From: Hemiscyllium ocellatum
Lineage: Eukaryota
DNA: 64,000 bases
Reading direction: 5' to 3'
NCBI RefSeq assembly: GCF_020745735.1
Contig: NC_083401.1
Location: 116,123,740-116,187,739 of the forward strand
This document shows, in pieces, positions 40,790 through 54,272 of this stretch. A program made the translations under genes and the position numbers. The notes under the pieces were generated by a model, which was not told where the DNA came from, searched no databases, and saw only the letters and a program-made list of their open reading frames with translations. How positions within the stretch are numbered: position 1 is the first letter of the stretch; each line of letters opens with the position of its first letter.

Positions 40790-41510
40790 AACACAGAAAC
40801 AGACCCTTCAGTCCAACTCATCCATGCCGACCAGATTTCCTAAATTAATCCAGTCCCATTTGCCAGCATTTGGCCCACAGTCTTTTAAACCCTTCCTATT
40901 CACATACCTACATGATGCCTTTTAAATGTTTAATTATACCAGCCTCCACCACTTACTCTGGCAGCTCATTCCAAACACGCATGGCCCTCTTCATGCAAAA
41001 CCCCTTTAGTTCCCTTTTAAGTCTTTTCCCTCTCTCCTTAAATCTATGCCCTCTAATTTTTGACTCCCCTACTTTTGGGGCAAGACCTTGGCTATTCACC
41101 CTATCTATGCCCTTCATGATTTTATAAGCCTAAGGTCAGCCCTCCATGTCCGACACTCCAGGGAAAATAGCGGCAGCCTATTCAGCCTTTCGCTATAGCT
41201 CAAAGTCTCCAGTCCTTGCAATATCCTTGTAAATCTTTTCTGAATCCTTTGAAGTTTCACAACATCCTTCCTATAACAGGGAGACCAGAACTAAATGCAG
41301 TATTCGAAAAGTGGCCTAATCAATGTCCTGTACAGCCACATGAACTCCCAACTCCTATACTCAATGCACTGACCAATAAAAGCAAGTATTCCAAAGTTTT
41401 CGTCACTATCTTACTAAGCTGTGACTCCACTTTCAAAGAACTATGAACCTGTACTCCAAGATCTCTTTGTTTAGCAATATCCCCCAGGGTCTTACCATTA
41501 AGTGTAAGCA
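40790..41510 (-). mobile_element. CR1 LINE 3' fragment
   Basis: LNGKTLGDIAKQRDLGVQVHSSLKVESQ; reverse complement of HER1-like tail. Confidence 0.88.
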
Positions 41511-42104
41511 TCAATGAAAGTTAGCTTCTGCTCTTTCTTTCTTCGTTTGGAAACTTTCAATCTCAGTACTGTTTTTACTAAGAGATACTTTCTCCAATAC
41601 TTTCTCTATAGCCAATTTAGAGGAATCATTCAATCTTATTTTATGTCTTCTAATTCTTTCAATCCAAGTCCAACCTTACATCCTATCTGGCCAACCACAG
41701 CATCTTGCTGCTTATAACTGTTCTCCTCCTCACATCCTGGGAGACTAACCATAATTGCGAATTTACAGGATATCTTAAGCTCTTCTGTCAAAACCCATCT
41801 CCATGGCAATATGAATCACATGGGGCTGGTATGCAGGTGTAAATGCTATCTTAAATTTATCATTCCTCTAAAGTAAAGATCAATCTAAAACAACTGTTTA
41901 CAACCAGATTCTCACCTGCCTGCCTGCATACTAGCTGTTGCTATTGTCTTCCACTTGACAACTCTCACATTCTTCCCATCAAAACAACCTTGCTGTCAAG
42001 CATCTTCAGAACAAGTTACATATCCCCTTGTATTATCTTAAAGACACTATCCCAAAACATGAGTTTTAAAACTCAGTTGTACAGTATTATATTGAGTCCC
42101 TTAG

Positions 42105-43635
42105 ATTTAGACATCTTGCAAATTGTCCAGATTAAAGAGGAGGAAGTGCTGAATGTCTTGAAACGGTTAAAAATGGATAAATCCCCAGGACCTGATCAGG
42201 TGTACCTGAGAAGTCTGTGGGAAGCTAGAGAAGTGACTGCTGGGCCTCTTGCTGAGCTATTTGTATCATCGATAGTCACAGGTGAGGTGCCGGAAGACTG
42301 GAGGTTGGCAAACGTGGTGCCACTGTTTAAGAAGGGCAGTAAAGCCAAGCCAGGGTGAGCCTGACCTCGGTGGTGGGCAAGTTGTTGGAGGGAATCCTGA
42401 GGGACAGGATGTACATGTATTTGGAAAGGCATAGACTGATTAGGGATTGTCAACATGGCTTTGTGCATGTGAAATTATGTCTTACAAACTTGATTGAATT
42501 TTTGAAGTAGTAACAAAGAAGATTGATGAAGTAGGTGTAATCTATATGGATTTCAGTAAGGCGTTCGACAATGTTCCCCATGGGAGACTGATTAGCAAGG
42601 TTACATCTCATGGAATACAGGGAGAACTAGCCATTTGGATACAGGACTGGCTCAAAGGTGGAAGATAGAAGGTGATGGTGGAGGGTTGTTTTTCAGACTG
42701 GAGGCCTGTGACCAGTGGAGTGCCACAAGGATCAGTGCTGGGCTCTCTACTTTTTGTTATTTACATAAATGATTTTAATGCGAGCATAAGAAGTACAATT
42801 AGTAAGTTTGCAGATGACACCAAAATTGGAGGTGTAGTGGACAGCGAAGAGGGTTAGCTCAGATTACAACAGGATCTGGACCAGATCGGCCAAAGGCTGA
42901 GAAGTGGCAGATGGAGTTTAATTCAGATAAATGCGAGGTGCTGCATTTTGGGAAAGCAAATCTTAGCAGGACTTATACATTAATGGTAAGGTCCCAGGGA
43001 GTGTTGCTGAACAAAGAGATCTTGGAGTGCAGGTTCATAGCTCCTTGAAAGTGGAGTCGCAGGTAGATAGGATAGTGAAGAAGGCGTTTGATATGCTTTC
43101 CTTTATTGGTCAGAGCATTGAGTTGGGAGGTCATGTTGCTGCTGTACAGGACATTGGTTAGGCCACTTTTGGAATATTGCGTGCAATTCTGGTCTCCTTC
43201 CTATTGTAAAGATGTTGTGAAACTTGAAAGGGTTCAGAAAAGATTTACAAGGATGTTGCCAGGGTTAGAGGATCTGAGCTACAGAGTGAGGCTGAACAGG
43301 CTGGGGCTGAGGGGTGACCTTATAGAGGTTTACAAAATTATGAGGGGCATGGATAGGTTTAGAGTGAGAGGGGAAAGATATAAAAGAGACCCAAGGGGCA
43401 AAATTTTCACACAGAGGGTGGTACGTGTATGGAATGAGCCTCCAGAGGATGTGGTGGAGGCTGGTACAATTGCAACATTGAAGAGGTATTTGGATGAGTA
43501 CATGAATAGGAAGGATTTGGAGGGATTTGGGCTGGTTGCTGGCAGGTAGGACTAGATTGGGTTAGGATATCTGGTTGGCATGGACAGATTGGACCGAAGT
43601 GTCTGTTTCCATGTTGTACATCTCTATGACTCTAT
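42105..43635 (+). mobile_element. CR1-clade LINE (HER1-like), 5'-truncated
   Basis: [50 protein letters not shown]; tail ctgtttccatgttgtacatctctatgactct. Confidence 0.92.
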
Positions 43636-46185
43636 GGAAAGGTAGTGTCACTACATCCATTTAACATTAGCTAACATACGACTTTTCACAAACTTCCTAT
43701 TTAGCAGTGGTGTACAATCTGCACATGACATTCTCTCCAGTCCTTCCACTCCTCAGTCTTAAAAAGACCCCTTTCAGCCCCATCCCCGACTACCTGACTC
43801 ACATTTCCAATCATTCACTTGTACTTAGTCTGGTTTGCTCTTCAGCTACTTCACTCCTGGCTGTTCTGAACTCAAGTTGCAGTCGAGCAGTGGCAAAAAT
43901 CGGTTGCTGCCGGTAGCTCTAGAACTTGATGCTACCCAACACTAAACAAGTGTCTACTGCATATGGAGATTGATCAATCTAAAAACATACTGTAAGGTGA
44001 GCAATTAAGCATTTTATTGTATACTGCACTGTACTTTTTTTAATATTTAGGGATATTTTATTTTGCAAGTTAATTTGGCTGAGTGTACAGAACTGTATTT
44101 GCACATTATAAGACAATATTTCAGCTTGTATATTTGTTCCTCTGGGGTGAAAGGTGTTGGAAAGAACCTAACTCTGGCTTTAATATTTATTTTTATGGGA
44201 ACCTTGAGGTTGTGATTTTCAGAAGCCGTCACAACATTAAGTGAGGTCTTGCTATATTAATATGCACTTCATAAAAATGTGAAAGATATTTGACAATTTC
44301 TATATTGTAAGGGGAAATGTCAAACTGGCAGATGATTTGACAGATTTAAAATACAATACCTTTCAATTTCATCCTTTCTTTACTGAAATCCCATTTTCCC
44401 TTGGTTTCATGTGTGCATCTTCTTTCATTTATACAAAGTTCGATTTTAAAAAATTCTGTAATTTGTGTATGCAAAAAATGGCTTAAGAAATCTTTTCAGA
44501 TTAGAATGTGTATAATTTTTCAAAGTAATCCCTTTCTATTAGAGTAAAAGAATTGTGTAATGTTTGAATTTTAAAGAAGAACACATACTTGGGTAGTGCA
44601 AACCATGTTCTAATATGCCATATTGAATTTACTTGAAATACCTTTTAGTTAGGTAGAAAACTGTATAGGTATTTCTTGCCCACATAAAGCAAACATATCC
44701 CATAAACATTTTAAAAAAGATGCAAGTGTCAGTTACCAGCCCAATTAGTCATGCCATGAAAGGAATACCACATGTTAGGGAACAGAGTTCAGTCATTTCA
44801 ACTGAAATGTGTCAGAACCTTTTCTGGATCTCCAACTGCTCATTTAGTAATTGAACTTAAAAGGTTCAATCGTAGCTTGAAGACAGAACCAGAACTATTG
44901 TATACCCAAGACTAAATGAATTATTTGCAAAGCAAAAAAAAACCTCCCATTTCTCACCATTTGGGTTGAAGAACTTTACATTAAGCAAGCAAAATATACA
45001 CACACTGGAAAAATGTGGGAGAGGCAGGAAAGCGAAGCGTGATAGTATGTTTCCCCCTTAAGTTACACAGTAATGGCTTAAATTGCTTCCAGTGTTACAT
45101 GGTCAGAAAAACATGCTTGATAAGTGCACCTTTGCAGAATTCCCAATGATAAATCCCTTAAGAGTGCACCATCTTGTACTGAAATCTGCTATAAATCTGA
45201 GAACCAGAAGTAGATCAAGAACATGATAGCATTTTTCAAACATGTACATCACAGGTAACATACTACAAAGAAAACTAAAGCCATCATATATTATGAATAC
45301 TCCAGGCTCACAAATCTATTTTTAAACATGAGCCATTTATCAACTCGTCACCAAATCTGATCAAAACAAATCATGAGATCCACAGTGCCACTTCTACTAC
45401 GTACTATTCTACCGTACACCACAAGACATCGGAACACTATATGTTTAAGTTTGGTTCAAAATAGTTCAATAAGCCTGGCAATGACATTTTTAAATTGACG
45501 TAAAAATAATTAATGTACAATCATACATAGACAAATTAAACTTTGGGAATTTGATCAAATTCCTCACTCGTGTGTCAATTTTCTAACAATACTGAGAAAG
45601 GTGGACTTGACAATGTGTAAAGTGTATAAGCAGGCAGGGAAAGAGTTAAGTTCTGAATTTTGTGAAACAAGTGGCTCAGCTGAGTATGACTCATATCTGA
45701 TAAGAACTTACAATCAACAATGGGGTGCTGGAGGCAAGGGTAATGGGTTAACAAGGTGTATAGCCATTTAACAAGATGAGATAGCATTTGTGTTCGAGGG
45801 GTCAGTTTAACAAGGTGAAAAGTATTCATTATGTAACAACAGATGGCTTAATCTTTACTGGTGAGATACCCGTGATTGTAACGGTCACCCAATTAATATT
45901 TATGTTGCCTTATTTGGATGCTCCTCCCTGTAAAATGACTACTTGGTTCATTGAGAAACTGTGGTTCCAGAGAAGACCGTGAAATCATTCTCTCTCCCTC
46001 CAGGACCCAGAATAAAGATGAAGCAAGTAAAACTACTTGGTCTGAGCATTTTGCTTTGATTGAGGGGGGAAAAACGGGATGACAGACTGGAATTGCAAAT
46101 TGAGGACACAATGTTTAGTTGCTTTTTCAAAGGTTTTATCACAGCTTTAACTAATGCCAAAACCAAACACCTTTCCATAAACATG

Positions 46186-46414
46186 ATTTGGAGATTCTGG
46201 TGTTGGACTGGGGTGTACAAAGTTAAAAATCACAACACCAGGTTATAGTCCAACAGGTTTAATTGGAAGCACACTAGCTTTCGGAGCGACGCTCCTTCAT
46301 CAGGTGATTGTGTGATCATCTGATAATCACTTGATGAAGGAGCATCGCTCCGAAAGTTAGTGTGCTTCCAATTAAACCTGTTGGACTATACCTGGTGTTG
46401 TGTGATTTTTAACC
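46186..46414. mobile_element. Short fold-back element with two inverted hammerhead motifs, 13-bp TSD
   Basis: TSD TTCCATAAACATG at 46173-46185 and 46415-46427; ~90-bp inverted arms. Confidence 0.85.
46272..46306 (-). ncRNA. Minimal hammerhead ribozyme motif, intact core
   Basis: Minus strand reads cac CTGATGA a GGAGC-gtc-GCTCC GAAAG CTA gtg. Confidence 0.75.
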
Positions 46415-47011
46415 TTCCATAAACATGGTTTCCTGTTGTTGAATGTACAAAATAATGTCATGCCAGTTATTCAAAGTGAATAATTCAACTTCTAATTTTT
46501 ATTAAATCAATTCTGATGTCTTAGTAGGAATTGAATTCTAGTATATTTAAATTTGTCCAAGTATTTTAAAATTTATGCTTCACAAATTTTAAAGCAAGAC
46601 TATACAATAAGCTGTATCAGGTAGAAAAATAGCTAATATTTATAAGCTATGGTGGTGAGCTGCTGGCAAAAAGTGAGACAAACTGCAAAAAAAGTTTGCT
46701 TATTGATATCGTGAAGCAATGACAAAAGTGTTAGAGATTATAAACTCTGACGGATTAAAGGAGTCATTTATGTAGAAGATAAATTGACATGTTCAAGAGT
46801 CAAGATGAAATATAGGGTTTTTTTTTAAACAGACATGCCATCCAGCAGAGGCTGGGAGGAAATTGACATCAGTTTATATCATATATTAGGCAAGTGATTC
46901 AAATTTGTGACAAAAATTTTTGAAATTTTTATTCCACCATGCCATAGTTCATCCTGATTTGGAACTATATCTCCATTCCACTGTCGTCAATAGGTTAAAA
47001 TCCTTGCACTT

Positions 47012-47326
47012 GGGGCGGCACGGTGGCACAGTGGTTAGCACTGCTGCCTCACAGCGCTTGAAGACCCGGGTTCAATTCCCGACTCAGGCGACTGACTGTG
47101 TGGAGTTTGCACGTTCTCCCCGTGTCAGCGTGGGTTTCCTCCGGGTGCTCCGGTTTCCTCCCACAGTCACAAAGATGTGCGGGTCAGGTGAATTGGCCAT
47201 GCTAAATTGCCCGTAGTGTTAGGTAAGGGGTAAATGTAGGGGTAGGGGTATGGGTGGGTTTCGCTTCGGCGGGTCGGTGTGGACTTGTTGGGCCGAAGGG
47301 CCTGTTTCCACACTGTAAATCTAATC
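47012..47326 (+). mobile_element. tRNA-derived V-SINE (HE1-like), young full-length copy
   Basis: A box TGGCACAGTGG 47024-47034, B box GGTTCAATTCC 47069-47079, V core gtgtggagtttgcacgttctcccc, CR1-like tail ccgaagggcctgtttcc; CpGs largely intact. Confidence 0.88.
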
Positions 47327-49129
47327 AAAATAATCATTCCAGCTGTCCCCACATCCCAAGGACTGCAAATAAATAAGGCCAGCAGCTCACCACCACCATC
47401 TTCAGGACAATTAGGGATGATCAATAGATGCTGGCCGAGCAAGTGACATCCATGTCCCTTGAATGATTTTTTTAAAAAATGACTATATTTTTAATGAAAA
47501 TTTGTATGTATATAAACAGTTCTGGATAAAAACGAAGTGGACATTTTAATGAAAATCAGAATAAGGTTAAAAAGTACAAACTACACAGAAACATTGTAGA
47601 AATATTTCAAAATTTGAGCCTTACATTATTTCGAATAATAATAATGGTGATAATGAAGAACCAGATGAAATGGTTTTCTTTTCTATTCTCCAAAAGACAA
47701 GCAATAACATGAACAATATTGGGAACTGTTCCTCCCAAACTGTTTTCATGAATAGACCTTTTCCATCATATCCAAAAGGTGGCACCTTCAGTATTTCCTC
47801 TATATTGCAATGGACCATTGTCCTGGCAGCAAAGGTTCTGATATGAAACATTTATTACTTCAACTTTTGAACTAAGCATTATTAGTTACTGATGGAGCAT
47901 TGCTGACAAAGAATTTACTTTGTTCTAACCATTAGCTTTAATAAGATAGTTATATTTTAAACTGTTTCATGTGTTTAAGTTTAAACAAATTGCCATGGAA
48001 TGGAACATAGGGGTGCTATGAAGTTGAACTAAATAGCGTGTGCATGATGGGCAGGTATGGTTTGATTGCCATGGGGTTAGGAGTCATATCAAATCCGACT
48101 GAAACATCAGGTGTCAGCTTTAGCACACAAATACAAAGGAGAAGGCAGCTGTTTTCGTTGCAAGCTCTCAGATACCATTTGACAGAGGAGCACATGATAT
48201 ATAAACTTAAGAGTATCATATGAATCAATCATCCTGGAGAATGTGCAAGAAAATGATAAATACAACTTGAAAATCAGTAACCAAAGCAGTCAGTGGGGCA
48301 AGTTTAATTTTGAATAAGGAGTGGCACAATAAAGGTGAAGTTCAGATGGAGGAAACCACTTTAATGATGAAAGGAAAATATAGGCAGTCCAGGAGAGTTG
48401 GAATGGAAAGTTTAAACTTGGACACAGAACTCAAGAAGTAAAGATGTAGGACTTAAAACCAGAAGCAAAGTTAATATGCTGAAAAAGCAGAAATTATGGG
48501 ACATTATCAAATAATAAGTAGACACGTTATGGCTGAATACATGCAGATCAATTGAAGTTCGTGCAGAGACAAGGAAAAGTATGCAGTCATCAAACTCTTA
48601 CAATAGGGAAAGCATGGCTAAGGATTTTGGTATTATGATGAAAAATAGCAAAATTACAGGACAGATAAGAGGCCAAGGTGGAAGTAATTTTATTAATTCA
48701 TCAATTTAAAACTTAAGGATTTTACTGTAAAAACATTGTGGCCAGTGTTATATAATTCAAGTTGAGGGTGATGACATTATCAATTTAACTATATTGAAGA
48801 GATAAAATTAACCTTCTGCACAGTATAGAAATTTTTACCAATTCATTGGTGTTACAGGAATACTATTTCATACATCAGTACTTTTTCATGTCAGGGTGCA
48901 ACTAAAGCATGTTTCAAATTTATATTTCAGTCGGAATAGAGGGCAGATAGGCAAGTAAAACAACGAAAGAAAGAAAAAAAATTTATTTTTGCTTGCTGTC
49001 TTTTCTTAAAAACAAGAGTCACTTTTGTACTCAAACTTTCTGAATGAACCAAATATTACTGTTGTCAGACACTGAGTAGATTGCATTTACTGAATTCTTT
49101 TGAGAACCAAGCCTTCTCCTGTATATTTC

Positions 49130-49820
49130 CAGGAAGGCAGAATATCTCAATGGAGAGAGATTAGGGATAGGGATGTGAAATGAGACCTGGGTGCTCTTGT
49201 CCACCAGGAGGGAGATACAGCAGGTGGTGATACAGGCAATGGGTATGTTAGCTTTCAAAGCAAGAGAATTTTAGTCAGCAGTGGGAATATCTTATTACAA
49301 CAGTAAAGCACCTTGGTGATATCAACGTGGAATGTTGTGTAGAGTTTATCGGAGGAAGGATGTCCTCGCTACGGAGGGAGTGCAATGATTTGTCAGACAT
49401 ATTTCTGGGAAGGCAGGACTGACATATGAAGGGAGACTGAATTGGTCATGACTACATTCACTAGAATTCAGAAGAATGAGGGAGCATCTCATGAAACTGT
49501 TAAAATTCTAACAGGACCAGATACGGTAAATGCAAGAAGGATGTGTCTGATGACTGGGGAGACCAAAACCAGGGATCACCGTTGAAGAATATGGAGTAGA
49601 CTAATTAGGACCGAAATGAGGAGAAATTTCTCCACAGAGTGAGCCTGTGTAATTCTCTGCCACACAAAACAATCATGGATAAAGCATTGAATGCTTGAAG
49701 GGTTAGATGTAGCCCTTAAAGCTAAGGGATTAAAGGTGTGGGGGAGAAAGTGGGAACTGGGTACTGAGTAGGACAATCAGCCATGATCATTTGAATAGCA
49801 CAGCAGTTGTGAAGGGCAGA
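49130..49820 (+). mobile_element. Decayed CR1 LINE 3' fragment
   Basis: gagacctgggtgctcttgt, ggcaatgggtatgttagcttt, gaaatgaggagaaatttc blocks. Confidence 0.7.
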
Positions 49821-51287
49821 ATGATAATGTGTGCTCAGATCTTCAACCTGGATAACAGAGGTGATGGTATCATACATCTGCTACTCAAGATTTCTTTGGT
49901 GATATAAGGTAAGGGTTGGACAGAATATGGTGAGGAGATAAACTTTGGACTTGGTAATTGAAAACTACTTCACTGGATAGCATCAATGGAGTTCTTCATA
50001 AGTTACTGCATAGTGCCTTTGAGGTAATATACAACACACAACCAGAACAGGTTGAATACCAAGTCCAGTGATGCTGAAGAAACAAAGTGATTGTCCAAGA
50101 TCGGATCAAGCTTCATGTGTTGAATCAGATTCACTCATCCAAGCAACTGGAAACTATTGCACTGCACTCTGACTTGAATTCTATAATTCTGGTGGGAGGA
50201 AAAGGGTACAGCAACAGAGCTGAATTGATTTTTTTGGCAGGTCAAATGTAATCAGTGATGTTAAATATACAATTTAGGATTTATATTTCACAAAACAGGC
50301 AGATGGACATGGGTCAGTTCTGTGAAGGTACTCCTTTTAAAATAGGTTAGAAAGTCATTTGGAACAGTGACCTAAATGTATTACAGTCAAGTGCCTGGGA
50401 GAACTCTCGTAATGTGAAGGACAGGATGTTTATAGTGCTGCGTTTACAACAGACCAGAGCCAGTAGTTCAGTTTTGAACTCAGAACAGAAGGCACAGCCG
50501 CTTACTGTGCAGAAAGCAGCCATTGTGCTTGTGCTGGTCAAAGATCTGGCTGCACTAATTTCATTTTCCAGCTTTTAGCTGATGGCAACCAATCTGTCAG
50601 CAACAAATGTATTGACTGTATTCTGTCATACATTGAAGTCCAAATCATTAATGTTTACCACAAACAGTCCAGCAGTGAGCTCTGCAAAACCTCACTGGAA
50701 ACAGCATTCCAGTCACAGATATACCTCCCTATGTCCCTTGTCTCGCAGCCAACTTTGGATCCAGAATTTTACTTTACCTTTGATCAAGGTTTTAGTTCAA
50801 GTGAAACAGACACCAGAAACAAAGTGTTTTAGGATTGTAAAGTTTACAATCTAGGTGTTTGTATAGAAACCTTCAAGTTGTTAGAACTCAGTTTAGGCTA
50901 TTAAAACAATAAAAGGTTTATGCCAGCAGACTCTGAAAGGAATCCTAAAATTGCGCCCACAGTTTCAAGGAAAGAAATTAGATAGACTTAGTTAAGCAAA
51001 CACTTAAGAGTTAAAAATCAAGAGTGTAGTGCTGGTAGAGTTAAGCTAAGATTGAAACTTACTTGGAAAAGTATTTGTACAATAATGTTGGGAAACAGAT
51101 TTGAACATTGTTGTTTGTGTTAAGATCTTTAACTGCCAAAAGTTTATATTTTCTAAACATCCAATAAACTTACCTTCTGTCTTTTAAAGGATTTTGGCAA
51201 CCTTGTGAGGATATGTTTCAGTTACTAACTACCACAGTAAACTACAACCAAAAATAACGATCAAGCAAGGCTTCCTTCCGACTTGCC

Positions 51288-51410
51288 CTGAAGAGCTTTT
51301 GCACAAAACATCGGTTTTCCTGCTCCCCGGGTGCTGCCTGACCTGCTGTGCTATTCCAGTACCACACTCTCGACTCTAATCTCCGGCATCGGCAGTCCTC
51401 ACTTTTCCCA
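51288..51410 (+). mobile_element. Degenerate family A element
   Basis: cctgctccccgggtgctgcctgacctgctgtg...gcagtcctcacttttccc matches the 35392 and 36192 copies. Confidence 0.65.
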
Positions 51411-51599
51411 ATATTGCCACCAGCTGGGATCACAACAGCGGCGATTTAGATATATAAAAAGACAGCTTGAAGTTCTCAAAACTGCCAGCAATTAGGCTAG
51501 AACAGCAGTGCTTAACCGTTTCACGGACTTCGAAGTTTTCCAGAAAAGGAAACAAGAGGGAAAAAAAACTACACGACGATCATCAGCCTCAAAACACCG

Positions 51600-52664
<1,065 letters not shown>

Positions 52665-53034
52665 TCAGGAAGGTAGCTCGCGAGAAGAGTATCTAGAGGC
52701 GGGCAATAAATGGTGGCCAGCCAGCTGCAGCCCACATTCCCTCCAATGAGTTAAAAAAAAACTATAGAGAGAAAGCAGACTCAACGTTTCGGGCCCAGTG
52801 ACCGTTCGCCAGAACGTCACCACTAGAAGAAATGTTTGATGCTTGTGATAAGGGATTACAAACAAATGTAACTCGACACATTAATTCTGCTTTCTCTGCA
52901 TAGATGTGCCAGACCTGCTGAGTTTTGTTTTTGTTGCTGTTGTTTATCAAGTGGAATAATCAGATTTGCAGTTTAAGACTGGTTAAGGAGTCCATAAAAT
53001 GTTTTTGAGGTAGTTAAAATCATATAGTCCCAAC

Positions 53035-53295
53035 AGTATAGAAAGAGCTCATTCGGCCCTCAAGTCTTCACTGACCCTCTGAAGAGCATCCCACCCAGCC
53101 CCAGCCCTATCGCATAACCCCACATTTAGTTTGGTCAATCTATCTAATCTGTAAATCTTTGGACTATGGGAGGAAACTGGAGTAGACGCAGAAAGAATGT
53201 GCAAAGTCCACACTGACAGTTGCTGAATGCAGGAATCAAATCGTCCCTGGCACTATGAAGCAATAGTACTAATCAAAGTGCCACTGTGTTGCCCT
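53035..53295 (-). mobile_element. Degenerate V-SINE
   Basis: ctttggactatgggaggaaactggag...gaatgtgcaaagtccacac. Confidence 0.65.
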
Positions 53296-53634
53296 AAATT
53301 TCTTAAAATTTCTAAGACTGGCATATGACGGACGCTCAGACAACAACTCACTAGAACAAAGGACCCAATACCCAGCATGAGCCAAACTAACGTAGTTTAC
53401 AAAATACCATGCAAGGACTGCACAAAACACTATATAGGACAAACAGGAAGACAGCTAACAATCCGCATCCACGAACATCAGCTAGCCACAAAACGACACG
53501 ACCAGCTATCTCTAGTAGCCATACACTCAGACAACCAGCAACATGAATTTGACTGGGAAAACACCACTATCATAGGACAAGCCAGACAGAGAACAGCCAG
53601 AGAATTCCTAGAAGCATGGCATTCATCCCCAAAC

Positions 53635-53792
53635 TCCATCAATAGACACATTGACCTGGACACCATATACAAACCACTACAGCTGAAACTGACACCCGGA
53701 AACGGCAAGAACATCCATCAACAGACACATCGACCTGGACCCCAGATACAAATCACTGCAGCTGAAACTGACACCCGGAAGCGGCAAGAACA
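53635..53792 (+). repeat. 79-bp tandem duplication inside the Penelope element
   Basis: tccatcaatagacacattgacctggac...ggcaagaaca repeated at 53635 and 53714. Confidence 0.85.
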
Positions 53793-53849
53793 AACCAATA
53801 TAAATACCGGAAGAAACATCAAAGCAGCGCTTCACACGAGGCTCCCACC

Positions 53850-53889
53850 GCACTGATGATGTTCCCTAGCCAGGGAACGAAACGTTTGC
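53850..53889 (+). ncRNA. Minimal type I hammerhead ribozyme motif in Penelope pLTR
   Basis: gca CTGATGA t GTTCCCT-agcc-AGGGAAC GAAAC GTT tgc: complete core, 7-bp stem II, 3-bp stem I, palindromic minimal stem III. Confidence 0.8.
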
Positions 53890-53967
53890 AGCAAAAACTT
53901 ACAGCTCGGCGAGCAGAACCACAACAACGGATACCCGAGCTACAAATCTTCAATCAGATTTTAAATG

Positions 53968-54272
53968 TTTAGATTACTTACAGTGTGGAAACAGACCCTT
54001 TGGTCCAACAAGTCCACACTGACCCAGTCGAAGCGCAACCCACCCAGACCCATTCCCCTGCATTTACCCCTTCACCTCACACTACAGGCAATTTAGCATG
54101 GCCAATTCACCTAACCTGCACATTTTTGGACTGTGGGAGGAAACCAGAGCACCTGAAGGAAACCCATGCAGACACGGGGAGAATGTGCAAAGTCCACACA
54201 AGTCAGTTGCCTGAGGCAGGAATTGAACCTAGGTCTCTGCTGCTATGAGGCAGCAGTGCTAACCACTGTACC
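53968..54272 (-). mobile_element. HE1-like V-SINE
   Basis: Reverse complement of the 47012 element. Confidence 0.85.

Larger units (their letters stand above)
53330..53965 (+). mobile_element. Penelope-like element 3' portion: GIY-YIG endonuclease plus pLTR
   Basis: NVVYKIPCKDCTKHYIGQTGR...HEH...AREFLEAWHS; hammerhead motif in the tail; tail ctacaaatcttc shared with the 32400 copy. Confidence 0.9.

Noticed and set aside
47012-47085. tRNA gene
   Set aside because: A/B boxes run directly into a V-SINE core and LINE-like tail; it is a SINE head
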